Below, one piece after another: positions 36,864 to 37,788 of a stretch of 37,788 nucleotides of DNA. Origin of the DNA: a virus (Duplodnaviria; Caudoviricetes); IMG/VR virus record IMGVR_UViG_3300020045_000475, positions 1 to 37,788 of that record. One strand, 5' to 3'. Numbering within the stretch: the stretch's first letter is position 1; each line of letters opens with the position of its first letter. A program made the position numbers and the translations under genes. Below the pieces are notes generated by a model. That model ran no database searches. It had not been told where the DNA came from and saw only the letters and a program-made list of their open reading frames with translations.

Positions 36864-36950
36864 TCACTTACGGAAAAGTAAATAATACACGATCATAACC
36901 GAAGCAATCACGAGTACATCCGAGAGTAATATCCAGTTATGACAGTTCAT
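36864..36950 (-). CDS. Small single-pass membrane peptide (MNCHNWILLSDVLVIASVMIVYYLLFRK)
   Basis: ATG 1 nt after upstream stop, SD aagga; hydrophobic core with basic tail; below ORF-track cutoff. Confidence 0.5.
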   Translation of the reverse strand: MNCHNWILLSDVLVIASVMIVYYLLFRK

Positions 36951-36951
36951 G

Positions 36952-37647
36952 TTAATCCTTTGTGATCTCTAGTTCTTTCTCAAGCAGAAACATCAAGTTA
37001 GTAATCGCGTGTGCATAGTGATGTAGCTTAGTCTCTTGATCGTGCGTTTGTCCTTTACGTACCCACGCTAGATGCCGTTGTGCTGCACTGAAGTAGCGGC
37101 GAGTAGCATTAGGTACTTTACGCCAGTTCTCTTCTTCGTAATCCTCATTGTACTTCATCGCACCGGCTGTTAGAACCTTAGCTACTTCTTCAAGTGCAAG
37201 TGCAGGTACTAGATCATACCGTTCTTTCTCTTGATCGTGCTTTACACCTGCTTTAACTGCTGGCTTATCGTTTGTATAATCTTTTGTTGACTCTGTACTC
37301 ACTTCAGTCTCCTTTTTAATCCAGATTGTTTTGTTAATAACGCAAGGTGTATAAAATCTTTTAGCTGCTAAACAACCTTCTTCAATGTCATCAAATACAC
37401 AACCCATACAAGATGGACTACTTTGTTGGCTGTAAATAATATCATCCCATTTTATTTCTTCTAAGATATGTTCTTCCATCTTTGGTTCTTTCTTAATCCA
37501 GATTGTTTTGCAAGGAGTGCAGCGGCTATAGAACTTTCTTGTTGCTGTACAATCCTCTTCTTTATAGAATGTACAACCCTCGCAGCTATTTGGCGTTGAT
37601 TCTTTTTGCTGCGTGTACACAATACTATCTTCCGTAATCTCTTCCAT
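36952..37647 (-). CDS. dATP/dGTP diphosphohydrolase (DUF5664-like) with duplicated Cys-rich N-terminus
   Basis: GVKHDQEKERYDLVP..VAKVLTAGAMKY..NWRKV..RYFSAAQRHL..DQETKLHHYAHA..NLMFL. Confidence 0.85.
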   Translation of the reverse strand: MEEITEDSIVYTQQKESTPNSCEGCTFYKEEDCTATRKFYSRCTPCKTIWIKKEPKMEEHILEEIKWDDIIYSQQSSPSCMGCVFDDIEEGCLAAKRFYTPCVINKTIWIKKETEVSTESTKDYTNDKPAVKAGVKHDQEKERYDLVPALALEEVAKVLTAGAMKYNEDYEEENWRKVPNATRRYFSAAQRHLAWVRKGQTHDQETKLHHYAHAITNLMFLLEKELEITKD

Positions 37648-37657
37648 ATTGCCTCCT

Positions 37658-37788
37658 TTATGACATCTTCAATTCTACACCAGCAGGAACGTACTTACTC
37701 AAGTTCGTACCAATAAATCCCTTGGGTTTACGTACTTTATCATTCTGGTCTTTCAGTACGTATACTTGATGTTCTTCGTTCTGTTCAA
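37658..37788 (-). CDS. C-terminal fragment, probable MazG-like nucleotide pyrophosphohydrolase
   Basis: ..VYVLKDQNDKVRKPKGFIGTNLSKYVP.. resembles the KVxKP tail of phage MazG/PRA-PH-like proteins; truncated by window. Confidence 0.4.
   Translation of the reverse strand, partial: EQNEEHQVYVLKDQNDKVRKPKGFIGTNLSKYVPAGVELKMS

Larger units (their letters stand above)
1..37788. mobile_element. Tailed dsDNA bacteriophage genome segment (siphovirus-like morphogenesis, lysis and nucleotide metabolism modules)
   Basis: Canonical order terminase-portal-protease-scaffold-capsid-neck-tail tube-chaperones-tape measure-tip-lysis; no sheath gene, integrase or host genes seen. Confidence 0.97.

Noticed and set aside
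36952-37788. Claim of a Z-genome or modified-base system
   Set aside because: DUF5664-like and MazG-like genes are widespread; no purZ or modification enzymes in the window

Overview
About 38 kb of a tailed dsDNA phage genome (siphovirus-like, long non-contractile tail, probably Gram-negative host). The + strand carries the packaging, head, tail and lysis module: terS (partial), terL, portal, accessory virion proteins, XkdF-like protease, scaffold, decoration protein, major capsid, head-tail joining proteins, tail tube, tail chaperones, tape measure, tail tip/fibre proteins, holin-like proteins and a GH19 endolysin. It converges at a bidirectional terminator (~32.2 kb) with a - strand nucleotide-metabolism module (nrdA, nrdB, thioredoxin, dATP/dGTP diphosphohydrolase, MazG-like fragment). 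Five free-standing homing-endonuclease-like genes are interspersed. Features missed by the ORF track: (1) terL is split inside its Walker A motif by an ORF-less 259-nt group I (IA2-like) intron, with exon 1 at 1614-1712; (2) all three sense-strand endonuclease genes are preceded by the same three-way-junction plus pseudoknot RNA fold, conserved in structure but not in sequence, which I do not recognise as a described family; (3) a probable +1 (not -1) tail-chaperone frameshift at UUU_CGA; (4) recurrent tandem hairpins and internal sigma70-type promoters in the structural operon. All calls come from reading the sequence; no searches or folding programs were run.
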